Part shown: piece after piece, positions 11,902-21,139 of the stretch
How the letters are laid out: the number at the start of each line of letters is the position of its first letter
Position numbering within the stretch: position 1 is the stretch's first letter
DNA from: Nevskiales bacterium
Lineage (GTDB): Bacteria; Pseudomonadota; Gammaproteobacteria; Nevskiales; JBOICV01
Length of the DNA: 64,000 bases
Assembly (NCBI GenBank): GCA_050740255.1
Contig: JBOICV010000176.1
Location: 3,959 to 67,958, forward strand
Reading direction: 5' to 3'
Position numbers and translations under genes: made by a program
Notes under the pieces: model-generated
The model's input: only the letters and a program-made list of their open reading frames with translations
The model's database searches: none
Told to the model about the DNA's origin: nothing

Positions 11902-12109
11902 TGGTTCCAAAGATACGCTTCGTAGCGAATACAAGCGCTCTGATTTTCCGGGGGGCATGGTTCGCGGCAAGTACGCCGCCAGAGCTGCTGCATCCTCGAA
12001 TATCGTGGTGCTTGAGCCTGAGCTTGCGGTTGCATTTCCCAATAGCGCCGCTGTCAATGATGCTCTGCGCGTAATCCTTCGTGTCGCCAAGCATGTATCG
12101 CATCCCTAA
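11888..12109 (+). CDS. brnA: BrnA-like antitoxin partner of DUF497 toxin
   Basis: 73 aa from ATG 11888, overlapping the brnT stop by 14 nt. YKRSDFPGGMVRGKYA...VVLEPELAVAFPNSAAVNDALR is typical of the small partners found after DUF497 genes. Confidence 0.65.
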   Translation: MKKASGSKDTLRSEYKRSDFPGGMVRGKYAARAAASSNIVVLEPELAVAFPNSAAVNDALRVILRVAKHVSHP

Positions 12110-12136
12110 CGAGGCGCTGCCCCCGACCGTTTTGCA

Positions 12137-12185
12137 GCGATAAGCGCCGGAGCAAAAACGTGCCTAAGCGCTTGCTTGGGGTGCT
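12137..12185. repeat. direct repeat copy 2 (authentic dctQ RBS and start)
   Basis: GCGATAAGCGCCGGAGCAAAAACGTGCCTAAGCGCTTGCTTGGGGTGCT. It contains GGAG and the GTG start (12160) of dctQ. Confidence 0.85.
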
Positions 12186-12663
12186 GGAGCAGGTCGAGTC
12201 CGCGCTGCTGGTGCTGCTGCTCGGCAGCATGGTGGTGCTGGCCGGCACGCAAATCCTGTTGCGCAACTTCTTTGACCTGGGCCTCGTCTGGGCCGACCCG
12301 CTGCTGCGCGCGATGGTGCTGTGGGCGGCGCTGCTGGGCGGATTGGCCGCGGCGCGCGGCGGCAACCGCCACATCACGGTGGATGTGATCGCGCATTTCC
12401 TGCCGCCACGCGGCAAGGCCGCCGCCGGGTTGATCGCGGCAGCTTTTACCGCCGCGCTGTGCGCGATGCTGGCCTGGGTCTCGCTCCAGTTCGTGCTGGG
12501 TGAATACGGCTCCGGCGTCACCATCTCGGGTTTGTTGCCGGTGTGGCTGAGCGCCGCGGCGATGCCGCTGGCCTTTGCGCTCATGTCGCTGCGTTTCGCC
12601 TTGCTGTCGCTGACTCACCTGGCCGCGTTACGCGCCGGGGCCAGCGCGGAACCTCCCGCATGA
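12160..12663 (+). CDS. dctQ: TRAP transporter small permease
   Basis: 167 aa with four hydrophobic helices. GTG start; ATGA overlap with dctM. Confidence 0.85.
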   Translation: MPKRLLGVLEQVESALLVLLLGSMVVLAGTQILLRNFFDLGLVWADPLLRAMVLWAALLGGLAAARGGNRHITVDVIAHFLPPRGKAAAGLIAAAFTAALCAMLAWVSLQFVLGEYGSGVTISGLLPVWLSAAAMPLAFALMSLRFALLSLTHLAALRAGASAEPPA

Positions 12664-13943
12664 TGCTGCTGCTCGCGCTGGGCTTGGTGCTGCTCGCGCT
12701 CCTGGGCGCGCCGCTATTTGCCGTCATCGCGGCCGGCGCCTTGCTCGGGTTTCACCACGCCGATGTGGGTTTGTCGGTGTTCGCCATCGAGTTCTACCGG
12801 CTGGCGGAGATGCAGGTGCTGCTGGCCATTCCGCTGTTCACGTTTGCCGGCTATCTGCTCGGCGAGAGCGGCGCGCCGCGACGGCTGGTGCGGGTGACCA
12901 ACGCGGTGCTCGGCTGGATGCCCGGCGGTCTCGCCATCGTCGCGCTCGCGGTCTGCGCCTTCTTCACCTCCATGACCGGCGCCACCGGCGTCACGATTGT
13001 CGCGATGGGTTCGCTGCTGTATCCCGCGCTAAAGCAGGCCGGTTATCCGGAGCGCTTCAACCTCGGTCTGATCACCACTTCCGGCAGCCTTGGCCTTTTG
13101 TTCGCGCCTTCGCTGCCCTTGATTCTGTATGGCGTACTGGCGCAGCAGCTTGGCGTCGGACCGGCGATTACCATCGAGGATTTGTTTCTGGCGGGCATTC
13201 TGCCGGGCCTGCTGATGCTGGTGCTGCTCGGCGGCTATAGCATCTGGACCGCGCGCCATCTCGAGCAGAAGCTGCAAGCCTTTGCCTGGCGCGAGCTGCG
13301 CGCAGCGCTGTGGGAAGCCAAGTGGGAGATCCCGCTGCCCTTCGTCGTGCTGGGCGGCATTTATGGTGGCGTGTTCGCACCGTCGGAGGCAGCGGCAGCG
13401 ACCGCTTTCTACGTGCTGATTGTCGAAGTATTCGTGCTGCGCGAGATTCCGCTGCCCAAGTTGCCGGCCGTCATGCGTGAAAGCATGGTGCTGGTCGGCG
13501 CGATTCTGGTGATCGTGGGCGTGGCCATGGCCTTCACCAACTACATGATTGACGTGGACGTGCCGGGCCGGCTGTTCGAATGGATTCAGATGCGGGTACA
13601 CGACAAGTGGACCTTTCTGATTCTGCTAAACCTGTTCCTGCTGGTGATGGGCTCTACGCTGGAGCTATACCCGGCGCTGGTGCTGGGCGTGCCGCTGGTG
13701 GTGCCGATTGCCTACGGCTACGGCATTGATCCGGTGCATCTCGGCATCGTATTTCTGACCAATATGCAGCTCGGCTTCTTCCTGCCGCCCATCGGCATGA
13801 GCCTGGTGATTGCGAGTTATCGCTTCAACAAACCCATTCTCGAGTTGTGTCGTGCGGCACTGCCATTTTTCGCGCTCCTGCTGCTGGCCTTGCTGGTGAT
13901 CACCTACGTACCGGCCTTGAGTCTGGCTTTCTTAAGCCGATGA
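12660..13943 (+). CDS. dctM: TRAP transporter large permease
   Basis: 427 aa, polytopic, DctM-like throughout. ATG 12660 overlaps the dctQ stop. Confidence 0.9.
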   Translation: MMLLLALGLVLLALLGAPLFAVIAAGALLGFHHADVGLSVFAIEFYRLAEMQVLLAIPLFTFAGYLLGESGAPRRLVRVTNAVLGWMPGGLAIVALAVCAFFTSMTGATGVTIVAMGSLLYPALKQAGYPERFNLGLITTSGSLGLLFAPSLPLILYGVLAQQLGVGPAITIEDLFLAGILPGLLMLVLLGGYSIWTARHLEQKLQAFAWRELRAALWEAKWEIPLPFVVLGGIYGGVFAPSEAAAATAFYVLIVEVFVLREIPLPKLPAVMRESMVLVGAILVIVGVAMAFTNYMIDVDVPGRLFEWIQMRVHDKWTFLILLNLFLLVMGSTLELYPALVLGVPLVVPIAYGYGIDPVHLGIVFLTNMQLGFFLPPIGMSLVIASYRFNKPILELCRAALPFFALLLLALLVITYVPALSLAFLSR

Positions 13944-14019
13944 AACTCCAGGCCGATCAACCGGTCGAAGCAGGCGAGTGGGCCCGTATAATGCGGGCTA
14001 GAAATGTAGGAGTAGCGAT

Positions 14020-14739
14020 ATGACTCAACTTGCGCGTGTTGGCGTTTTTCTTTCGCTTCTCGCTGGCGTCTTCGGCGCTGTGCTGCAACCTGCTCTCGCT
14101 GGCACCAGTGAGGAAGACAAGGCGCAGGACGCGGCCGTGGTGCTGCGTGAGCTGGTGCGTATTCCGGAAAAAGGCATTCCACCCAAATTGCTCGAACAGG
14201 CTTACGCGATTGCGGTAATCCCCGAGGTATTGAAGGTCGGTTTCGTGTTCGGCGGCCGCCGTGGCGAAGGTCTGCTCGCGGTGCGCACCGATTCCGGCAA
14301 ATGGAGCAACCCGTCTTTTATCGCGCTGACCGGCGCCAGCATCGGCTTTCAGATCGGCGCCAGCAGCACCGATATCGTGCTGGTGTTCAAGAACCGCAAG
14401 AGCATAGACCGCATCACCAAAGGCAAGATCACGCTGGGCGGCGACGCCTCGGTGGCGGCCGGCCCGGTTGGGCGCAGCGCCGAGGCGGCCACCGATATCC
14501 GCTTCGAGTCGGAGGTTTACTCCTACTCGCGCGCGCGCGGCGTATTCGCCGGGGTCTCGGCCGAGGGCGCTGCGCTGTCGATCGACGACACCGGCAACGC
14601 CGATTTCTATGATGACCGCAATATCGGCCCGCATGAGATTTTTGCGTCCACCAACCGCAATGCGCTACCCGACGCCGGCAAGGATTTTCTGCGCACCTTG
14701 GAGAAATACGCGCCGACTCACGGTACTCCAACGCAGTAG
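14020..14739 (+). CDS. SYLF (Ysc84-like) lipid-binding domain protein, secreted
   Basis: Signal peptide, then AIAVIPEVLKVGFVFGGRRGEGLL...KWSNPSFIALTGASIGFQIGA...ITLGGDASVAAGPVGRSAEA. AGGAG Shine-Dalgarno. Confidence 0.8.
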   Translation: MTQLARVGVFLSLLAGVFGAVLQPALAGTSEEDKAQDAAVVLRELVRIPEKGIPPKLLEQAYAIAVIPEVLKVGFVFGGRRGEGLLAVRTDSGKWSNPSFIALTGASIGFQIGASSTDIVLVFKNRKSIDRITKGKITLGGDASVAAGPVGRSAEAATDIRFESEVYSYSRARGVFAGVSAEGAALSIDDTGNADFYDDRNIGPHEIFASTNRNALPDAGKDFLRTLEKYAPTHGTPTQ

Positions 14740-14753
14740 CAGTAGTCACACCG

Positions 14754-15653
14754 ATGCGCGTGCGAGTAGTACTGGCGGCACTGCTATTGGGCGCCGGTGC
14801 TTTGGCGTCGGCCGCCGATACGAAACTGCCGACCGTCAATACCTCGCCGCTGCGCTTTGCGCTGCTCAAAACGGGAACGGCAAAGTCACCGGAAGCGATG
14901 GCCGTCAGCGGCGGCCGCTGGTTCACGCAGGCCAGCTTCGTGCATTCCGCGGTCTATGTGCAGCACCCCACGGGCAGCTTTCTATACGACACCGGACTCG
15001 GCGCGCAGGTTGATGCCCAGTTCAAGGCCGAGATGCCTTGGTGGGCCAAACCCCTGATGCCGTACGAAGTAGATTCGCCCGCGCGTCAGCAGCTCGCGGA
15101 TGCGAAGCTGCCGCTGCCGGAGCGGATTTTTCTGTCGCATGGACACTGGGATCACGTCAGCGGCCTGATTGATTTCCCGGATGCCGAAATCTGGATCACG
15201 GCGGAGGAAAAGAATTTTCTGGCTACCGGCAAGCCACCCGCGGTACTGCCGTCACAGGTCAATGCACCGCAACTGCGCTGGCGGCAGTTTGAACTGCTCG
15301 GTCCAAGCTATGCCGGCTTTGCACAAAGCCTGGATGTATTCGGCGACGGCAGCGCGATACTGGTGGGCATGCCGGGCCATACGCCGGGTTCGCTCGGCCT
15401 GTTTCTGACCAGCGTGTCGGGCAAGCACTACTTCTTTATCGGCGACACCGCCTGGCATTTGCGCGGCGTGACCCACGAGTCGCCCAAATTCCCGGTGGCG
15501 CGCAAGTTGGCGGATAGCGATCCCACCGCCACCTTGGCATTGCTAAAGCAAATCCACGCGCTGCAACTGGCCAATCCGGACTTGATCGTGGTGCCGGCGC
15601 ATGATGCCGCGGTGCAGGACGCGGTCGGCTATTTCCCGAATTGGGTGGAGTAG
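14754..15653 (+). CDS. MBL-fold metallo-hydrolase, secreted
   Basis: Signal peptide; metal motif LSHGHWDHVSG; later GHTPGS and a PAHD-type motif. Confidence 0.8.
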   Translation: MRVRVVLAALLLGAGALASAADTKLPTVNTSPLRFALLKTGTAKSPEAMAVSGGRWFTQASFVHSAVYVQHPTGSFLYDTGLGAQVDAQFKAEMPWWAKPLMPYEVDSPARQQLADAKLPLPERIFLSHGHWDHVSGLIDFPDAEIWITAEEKNFLATGKPPAVLPSQVNAPQLRWRQFELLGPSYAGFAQSLDVFGDGSAILVGMPGHTPGSLGLFLTSVSGKHYFFIGDTAWHLRGVTHESPKFPVARKLADSDPTATLALLKQIHALQLANPDLIVVPAHDAAVQDAVGYFPNWVE

Positions 15654-15716
15654 CGCGCTTCTGGTTGCCGAAGCTTGGCAGTATGCTGTCCTTGTCTCGC
15701 GTAAAACGACGCCGCC

Positions 15717-16727
15717 ATGATTGTCGAAAGTCAGTTCCATCCGGTTCCATGGCTCAAGAACCGCCATCTGCAGACGATTAGTGCGGCCTCGCTACGGCCG
15801 CGTCCCGCGCTGCGTTACCGAATCGAGCGCCTCGAATTACCCGACAGCGATTTCGTGGATCTGGCTTGGACCGATCACGACCGCGAACCCGGAACCCCCA
15901 TCGTCGTCATCCTGCACGGCCTGACCGGCTCGATAGAATCCAAATACGCGCGCGGCCTGATGAATGCGGTGCATGCGCTCGGCTGGCGCGCGGTGATGAT
16001 GCAGTTCCGCGGCCAGAGCGGCGAGCCGAACCGCCTGGCGCGCAGCTACCACTCCGGTGAGACAGGCGATCTGGACTTCCTGGTGCGCGACCTCAAGCGC
16101 CGCGAGCCGCGCACGCCCTTGGCAACCGTAGGTTACTCGCTGGGCGGAAACGTCTTGCTGAAGTGGCTGGGTGAGCAGGGCGCCAACGCGCCGGTCGAAA
16201 CCGCGGTGGCGGTGTCGGTGCCCTTCGATCTGGACTTATGTGCGCGTTCGATCCGGCGCGGTTTCTCGCGCACTTACCAGACGCGGCTGCTGCGTATGAT
16301 GCGGCGCGCGGTGCGGACCAAGTTCCGCTGGATGACCGCGCCGATTCCGCTGCCGAACTTAAGCAAGCTCAACGACTTTTATGCTTTCGACAACGCCATT
16401 ACTGCGCCGCTGCACGGTTTTCGCGACGTGCAGCACTATTACGAAGCATGCAGCAGCATGAAATATCTGAAGACGATCCGCGTGCCGACCCTTATCATTC
16501 ACGCCGCGGACGATCCCTTCATGTCACCGGCGGTGGTACCCTCGCCCGAAGCTTTGTCCGACAAGATCCGATTCGAGTTGTCGGCGCACGGTGGGCACGT
16601 CGCTTTCATCGCCGCGCGTCCTGGCGGCCGACCTTATTTCTGGCTGGAAGAGCGCATCCCCGCGCATTTGCGCGAGTATTTGCCGATAGCGGACTCCTGG
16701 TCGCCGGCGCTGGCGGGCGCGGGTTGA
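15717..16727 (+). CDS. alpha/beta hydrolase, YheT/ABHD1-3-like
   Basis: PWLKNRHLQT start, HGLTGS, nucleophile elbow GYSLGGN, C-terminal HGGH. Confidence 0.8.
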   Translation: MIVESQFHPVPWLKNRHLQTISAASLRPRPALRYRIERLELPDSDFVDLAWTDHDREPGTPIVVILHGLTGSIESKYARGLMNAVHALGWRAVMMQFRGQSGEPNRLARSYHSGETGDLDFLVRDLKRREPRTPLATVGYSLGGNVLLKWLGEQGANAPVETAVAVSVPFDLDLCARSIRRGFSRTYQTRLLRMMRRAVRTKFRWMTAPIPLPNLSKLNDFYAFDNAITAPLHGFRDVQHYYEACSSMKYLKTIRVPTLIIHAADDPFMSPAVVPSPEALSDKIRFELSAHGGHVAFIAARPGGRPYFWLEERIPAHLREYLPIADSWSPALAGAG

Positions 16728-16730
16728 GCG

Positions 16731-17105
16731 ATGAGCGGCAACTGGCTGCACGAAGTATTTGAGGCGGTGGTGCCGAGCGGCCCCGGCATTACGCGGCGGC
16801 GTATGTTCGGTTTCCACTGCGCCTTCCTGAGCGGCAATCTGTTCTGCGGCCATAGTCAGCAGACCTTCATGCTGCGCCTGAGCGAAACGGATCGAGTGGG
16901 ATTGCTGGCCTTGCCGGGCAGCGCACTGTTTGAGCCAAAAGCAGGCTTCGTGATGCGCGAGTACGTGGTGCCCGCGCCGGAGTTACTGGAAGATTTGGAT
17001 CGTTTACGCAGTTGGGTTAACAAGTCGCTCAGCTACGCGGCCAGCCTGGCGCCGAAGCCGCGCAAAACGCGCCAGACCACTAGACGTCCACGGCGCGTGG
17101 CATGA
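16731..17105 (+). CDS. TfoX N-terminal domain protein
   Basis: ITRRRMFGFHCAFLSGNLFCGH...FMLRL...REYVVVP pattern. 3-nt gap from the upstream gene and ATGA overlap with the downstream gene. Confidence 0.7.
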   Translation: MSGNWLHEVFEAVVPSGPGITRRRMFGFHCAFLSGNLFCGHSQQTFMLRLSETDRVGLLALPGSALFEPKAGFVMREYVVPAPELLEDLDRLRSWVNKSLSYAASLAPKPRKTRQTTRRPRRVA

Positions 17106-18055
17106 GCGCAAGCGCTGACACGGGCAACCTGGCCCGCATACTGCAAATCCTGCTCGGCGCAGAAATCGCGCTCGCTTTGTTCATCGCCTGGCTGTGCTGG
17201 CTGTCGTTGCTACCCGGTAAGGCGATGCTGGTGTGGGCGCTGACGCCTTATGTGCTGATCCGCGCGGGAATTCTGGCGCGCGGTTTCCAGCTGGCCTATA
17301 AACACCGTTCGCCGCTCAGCGCCCAGCATCGGCCGAGCCCTTTGAGCTGGGCGCGCGTGGTGGTGGGTGAATACGTCGCCGTGCTGATGCACTACTCGGG
17401 CCTGCTGCCCTTCGAGCAGTGGCTGCTACCGTCCGCACCGCAACCGGCTTTTTCCGGCAAGGGCGTGCCGGTGGTGCTGGTGCATGGTTTCTGCAGCAAC
17501 CGGGCCTGCTGGTACTTTTTCGCACGCTGGCTGCACAAACTGGGTGTCGGGCCGATTTATGCGGTAAGCCTGGAACCGCTGCTGGGCACCATCGAGGACA
17601 ATGCGACCCGGCTGGCGCCGCTCATCGAACAGATTTGCGAGACCAGCAAGCATCCGAAAGTGATGCTGGTCGGGCACGATATCGGCGGGCTTGTTGGGCG
17701 CGCACTTGTTCACTCCAGCTTTGGTGTCAAGCGTCTGGCGCGCGTCGTCACGCTGGGCAGCCCGCATCACGGCAGCATGGTGATTGAGGGCATTCAACAA
17801 TACGGCGAAAATCTGCGACAGATCACGCTCAAGAGCAACTGGACCGAACGCATGAGCGTGTTTGAACGCGCGCCCAGCCCGGTGCCGATCACCAGCCTGA
17901 TCTCGCCGCAGGACGAGGTGATTGCGCCGCAGACCAGCGCGGTGCTGCGCTATCCCAATGCGCAGAATCTGGTGCTCAAAGGCATCGGCCACTACGAGAT
18001 GTTGCTGTCGCGCAAAGTCGTGCGCATGGTCGCCCAAGTATTGCAGCAAGTCTGA
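17102..18055 (+). CDS. membrane-anchored alpha/beta hydrolase (lipase class-2/PGAP1-like layout) with Asp at the nucleophile elbow
   Basis: Two N-terminal TM helices. PVVLVHGFCSN oxyanion strand, then VMLVGHDIGGLVG where GHSxGG would be expected. Confidence 0.7.
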   Translation: MSASADTGNLARILQILLGAEIALALFIAWLCWLSLLPGKAMLVWALTPYVLIRAGILARGFQLAYKHRSPLSAQHRPSPLSWARVVVGEYVAVLMHYSGLLPFEQWLLPSAPQPAFSGKGVPVVLVHGFCSNRACWYFFARWLHKLGVGPIYAVSLEPLLGTIEDNATRLAPLIEQICETSKHPKVMLVGHDIGGLVGRALVHSSFGVKRLARVVTLGSPHHGSMVIEGIQQYGENLRQITLKSNWTERMSVFERAPSPVPITSLISPQDEVIAPQTSAVLRYPNAQNLVLKGIGHYEMLLSRKVVRMVAQVLQQV

Positions 18056-18068
18056 TCCGGGCTGAACT

Positions 18069-19181
18069 TTGCCCGATCTCGCGGTCATTATCCCGACGCT
18101 GAACGAAGCGCGACAACTGCCGCGCCTGCTGACCCTGCTGAACCGGCAAACCGGCCTGCGGCTGAAAATCATTGTGGCCGATGGCGGTTCGAGCGATGGC
18201 ACGCCGATTCAGGCGCAGACTGCGGGGGTAATCTTGGTGCGCAGCGCAGCCGGCCGCGGACGCCAGATGAACGCCGGCGCGCAGCGCGCCAGCACGGCTT
18301 ATCTGCTATTTCTGCACGCGGACTCCTATTGCGAGGCGCCTGACACGCTGGCCCAGGCACTGGCCGCCCTGAAGCATGCGCAGCAGAACGCGAGTCAAGA
18401 GCGCATTGCCGGCCATTTTCCGCTGCGCTTCGATCGAAGTGACCCAGCGGCTCACCGATTCGGCTACCGTTACATGGAAGAAAAAAGCGCACTCAACCGG
18501 CCCTATTGCCAGAACGGCGACCAGGGTTTGCTGTTGTCATCCGGCTATTTTCGCGAGCTCGGCGGCTTTGACGAGTCGCTGCCGTTTTTCGAGGATTTAC
18601 GCATGGCCGAGCGCATTCATGCGACGGGTCGCTGGATCACGCTGCCGGGCGTGTTGCACAGCTCTGCCCGCCGCTTAGAACAAGAAGGCTGGCTCGCGCG
18701 TTACCGGCTAATGGGTTTGATGGTCGCTGCGCACGGTATGAGCTTGCAGCAGTTTTTTCAGCGCGCGCCGCAGCTTTATCAACAGCATAATCACTCCGGC
18801 CGCCTGCTGCTAAGCCCCTATTTGCGACTGTTTCGTGAGATCGCACATGAGCTTGGCGGGCGTGCAACTTGGGAACATCTGCTGCGGCTAGGACACTTCA
18901 GCCGCCGGCATTGGTGGCAGTTGTTCTTCTTGGCGGACGTAGCGCTGCGGCGCTGGCTCGGACCCGACCGTTATCCGACGCTGAAGTTTTACGACCGGGT
19001 AATTTATCCGATAACGGCCAACCGCCTGGGAGATGTCATCACAGCGGTTCTAGCGTGGCTATACGGCATGGGCTGGCTTCGCCTAAGCTTCGCGTTTCGA
19101 GAACGGCGGCTGCTAAATCACGACGTGCATAAAGAGAAAATTCCCCCTCCCCCTGCGGGAGGGGGCGAGGGGGAGGGGTAG
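18069..19181 (+). CDS. family-2 glycosyltransferase with hydrophobic C-terminal extension
   Basis: LAVIIPTLNE...IVADGGSSDGT...LLFLHADS (DxD-like). TTG start. The last 12 codons (PPPPAGGGEGEG) are encoded by a REP-like GC-tract element. Confidence 0.8.
   Translation: MPDLAVIIPTLNEARQLPRLLTLLNRQTGLRLKIIVADGGSSDGTPIQAQTAGVILVRSAAGRGRQMNAGAQRASTAYLLFLHADSYCEAPDTLAQALAALKHAQQNASQERIAGHFPLRFDRSDPAAHRFGYRYMEEKSALNRPYCQNGDQGLLLSSGYFRELGGFDESLPFFEDLRMAERIHATGRWITLPGVLHSSARRLEQEGWLARYRLMGLMVAAHGMSLQQFFQRAPQLYQQHNHSGRLLLSPYLRLFREIAHELGGRATWEHLLRLGHFSRRHWWQLFFLADVALRRWLGPDRYPTLKFYDRVIYPITANRLGDVITAVLAWLYGMGWLRLSFAFRERRLLNHDVHKEKIPPPPAGGGEGEG
19143..19178. repeat. GC-tract REP-like hairpin / G-run element
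   Basis: CCCCCTCCC (19143..19151) pairs with GGGAGGGGG (19157..19165). Four G-runs occupy 19157..19178. Confidence 0.7.
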
Positions 19182-19211
19182 TCTCGCCCAGATGCACGAG
19201 CCGGAATTGCC

Positions 19212-20396
19212 ATGCCTGTCTCTATAGGTACACCGCTGTCGCCGACGGCGACCAAAGTCCTGTTTCTCGGTTCGGGCGAACTGGGCAAGGAAGTGGTGAT
19301 CGAGCTGCAGCGCTTGGGGGTAGAGGTCATCGCGGTTGACCGCTACGCCAACGCGCCGGCGATGCAGCTTGCGCACCGCAGCCACGTCGTGAATATGCTC
19401 GACGGCCGCGCGCTGAGACGGGTGATTGAACAGGAAAAACCCGACCTGGTCGTACCGGAGATTGAGGCGATTGCCACCGACACTCTGCTCGAGCTGGAAC
19501 AGGAAGGCGTTAAGGTCATTCCCACCGCCCGTGCCGCGCGCTTAACCATGAACCGCGAAGGCATCCGCCGCCTGGCCGCGGAAGAATTGCAATTACCGAC
19601 CTCGCCCTATCGCTTCGCCGCTACGAAGGAAGAATATCTGGCGGCGATCGGACAAGTCGGCACGCCTTGTGTGGTGAAGCCCATCATGTCGTCCTCCGGC
19701 AAGGGCCAGAGCGTGGTCAAGACGACGGCTGACGCAGATAAGGCCTGGGATTACGCGCAGACGGGCGGCCGCGCCGGGCAGGGCCGGGTGATTGTCGAGG
19801 GCTTTATCCAGTTCGACTACGAAATCACCCTGCTGACGGTGCGGCACGCCGGCGGTACGAGTTTCTGTGCGCCGATCGGCCATTTGCAGATAGATGGCGA
19901 CTATCGCGAGTCCTGGCAGCCGCAGCCGATGTCGGAAAAGGCGCGGGCCGAAGCCGAGCGCATCGCGCGCGCGGTCACCGACAATCTGGGCGGCCGCGGC
20001 ATTTTCGGCGTGGAATTGTTCGTAAAGGGCCAGCAGGTCTGGTTCAGCGAAGTCTCACCGCGCCCGCATGATACCGGTCTGGTCACGCTGATCTCGCAGG
20101 ATTTATCCGAGTTCGCGCTGCATGCGCGCGCGATTCTCGGCCTGCCGATTCCGAATATCCGCCAGCATGGGCCGAGCGCCTCGGCGGCGCTGCTGGTACA
20201 TGGCAGCTCGCAGCAAGTACGTTTTCACGGGCTGGATGGCGCGCTCGCGGAAAGCGACACGCAGCTACGCTTGTTCGGCAAACCGGAAGTGCAAGGCCAC
20301 CGGCGCATGGGTGTCGCGCTGGCGCGCGGTGGCACAATCGAAGACGCACGCGCCAGGGCGATACGCGCGATGCAGGCCGTCCGCGCGGAGCTGTAG
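19212..20396 (+). CDS. purT: formate-dependent phosphoribosylglycinamide formyltransferase (GAR transformylase 2)
   Basis: 394 aa. [44 protein letters not shown] and an ATP-grasp body, collinear with PurT. Confidence 0.93.
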   Translation: MPVSIGTPLSPTATKVLFLGSGELGKEVVIELQRLGVEVIAVDRYANAPAMQLAHRSHVVNMLDGRALRRVIEQEKPDLVVPEIEAIATDTLLELEQEGVKVIPTARAARLTMNREGIRRLAAEELQLPTSPYRFAATKEEYLAAIGQVGTPCVVKPIMSSSGKGQSVVKTTADADKAWDYAQTGGRAGQGRVIVEGFIQFDYEITLLTVRHAGGTSFCAPIGHLQIDGDYRESWQPQPMSEKARAEAERIARAVTDNLGGRGIFGVELFVKGQQVWFSEVSPRPHDTGLVTLISQDLSEFALHARAILGLPIPNIRQHGPSASAALLVHGSSQQVRFHGLDGALAESDTQLRLFGKPEVQGHRRMGVALARGGTIEDARARAIRAMQAVRAEL

Positions 20397-21116
20397 GTGC
20401 TAAAAAAAGTCCGCCTAAATTTCGACTGGGAACGCTGGCTCGGCCGGCTGGTGCTGATTCTGCTGCTCACACCGGCTTTACTGGTGGGTGCCTTGCGCTG
20501 GATCAATCCGCCGATCACGAGCTTCATGATTGGCGCCAAGTGGGACTTGACGCGGAGCGGCGAGAAGAATGCCGCCATCCGCTACCGCTGGGTGAACTAT
20601 GAACGCATCGCGCCGGCCGCACGGCTGGCCGTTATCGCGGCCGAAGATCAGAACTTCGCGACGCACCGCGGCTTCGACTGGCAGGCGATAGGCAAGGCCA
20701 TGCAGCACAACCCAAAAAGCCAGCGCATGAAGGGCGCCAGCACCATCAGCCAGCAGGTCGCCAAGAACCTGTTCCTGTGGGAGCGGCGCAGTTGGCTGCG
20801 CAAAGGTATCGAGGCCTATTTCACACTGTGGATCGAGTGGCTCTGGCCCAAGCAGCGCATTCTGGAGGTTTATCTGAATACCGCGCAGTTTGACGCGCGC
20901 ACCTTCGGCGTCGGCGCCGCGGCCCAGCGTTTTTTCGGTCGCCCCGCCGCAAGTCTGAGTTACGCGCAGGCGGCGCTGTTGGCGGCGGTGCTGCCGGCGC
21001 CCAGGCGGCTGAGCGCGGCAGAACCGTCAGACTATGTGGAAGACCGCCAGGACTGGATTCTGGGCCAGATGCGCCGGCTCGGCAGCCAGACGCTCGCGGC
21101 GGTGGAACAGGACTGA
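20397..21116 (+). CDS. mtgA: monofunctional biosynthetic peptidoglycan transglycosylase
   Basis: N-terminal TM helix, then AAEDQNFATHRGFDW and ASTISQQVAKNLFLW glycosyltransferase-51 motifs. GTG start abuts the purT stop. Confidence 0.9.
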   Translation: MLKKVRLNFDWERWLGRLVLILLLTPALLVGALRWINPPITSFMIGAKWDLTRSGEKNAAIRYRWVNYERIAPAARLAVIAAEDQNFATHRGFDWQAIGKAMQHNPKSQRMKGASTISQQVAKNLFLWERRSWLRKGIEAYFTLWIEWLWPKQRILEVYLNTAQFDARTFGVGAAAQRFFGRPAASLSYAQAALLAAVLPAPRRLSAAEPSDYVEDRQDWILGQMRRLGSQTLAAVEQD

Positions 21117-21139
21117 GTCAAGCACCTGGGTAGCCAGTG

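Noticed and set aside
19143-19181. The PPPPAGGGEGEG tail of the GT2 protein as a functional low-complexity domain.
   Set aside because: The encoding DNA is a copy of the GC-tract REP-like element seen at three other intergenic sites. The tail is more likely an accidental ORF extension.
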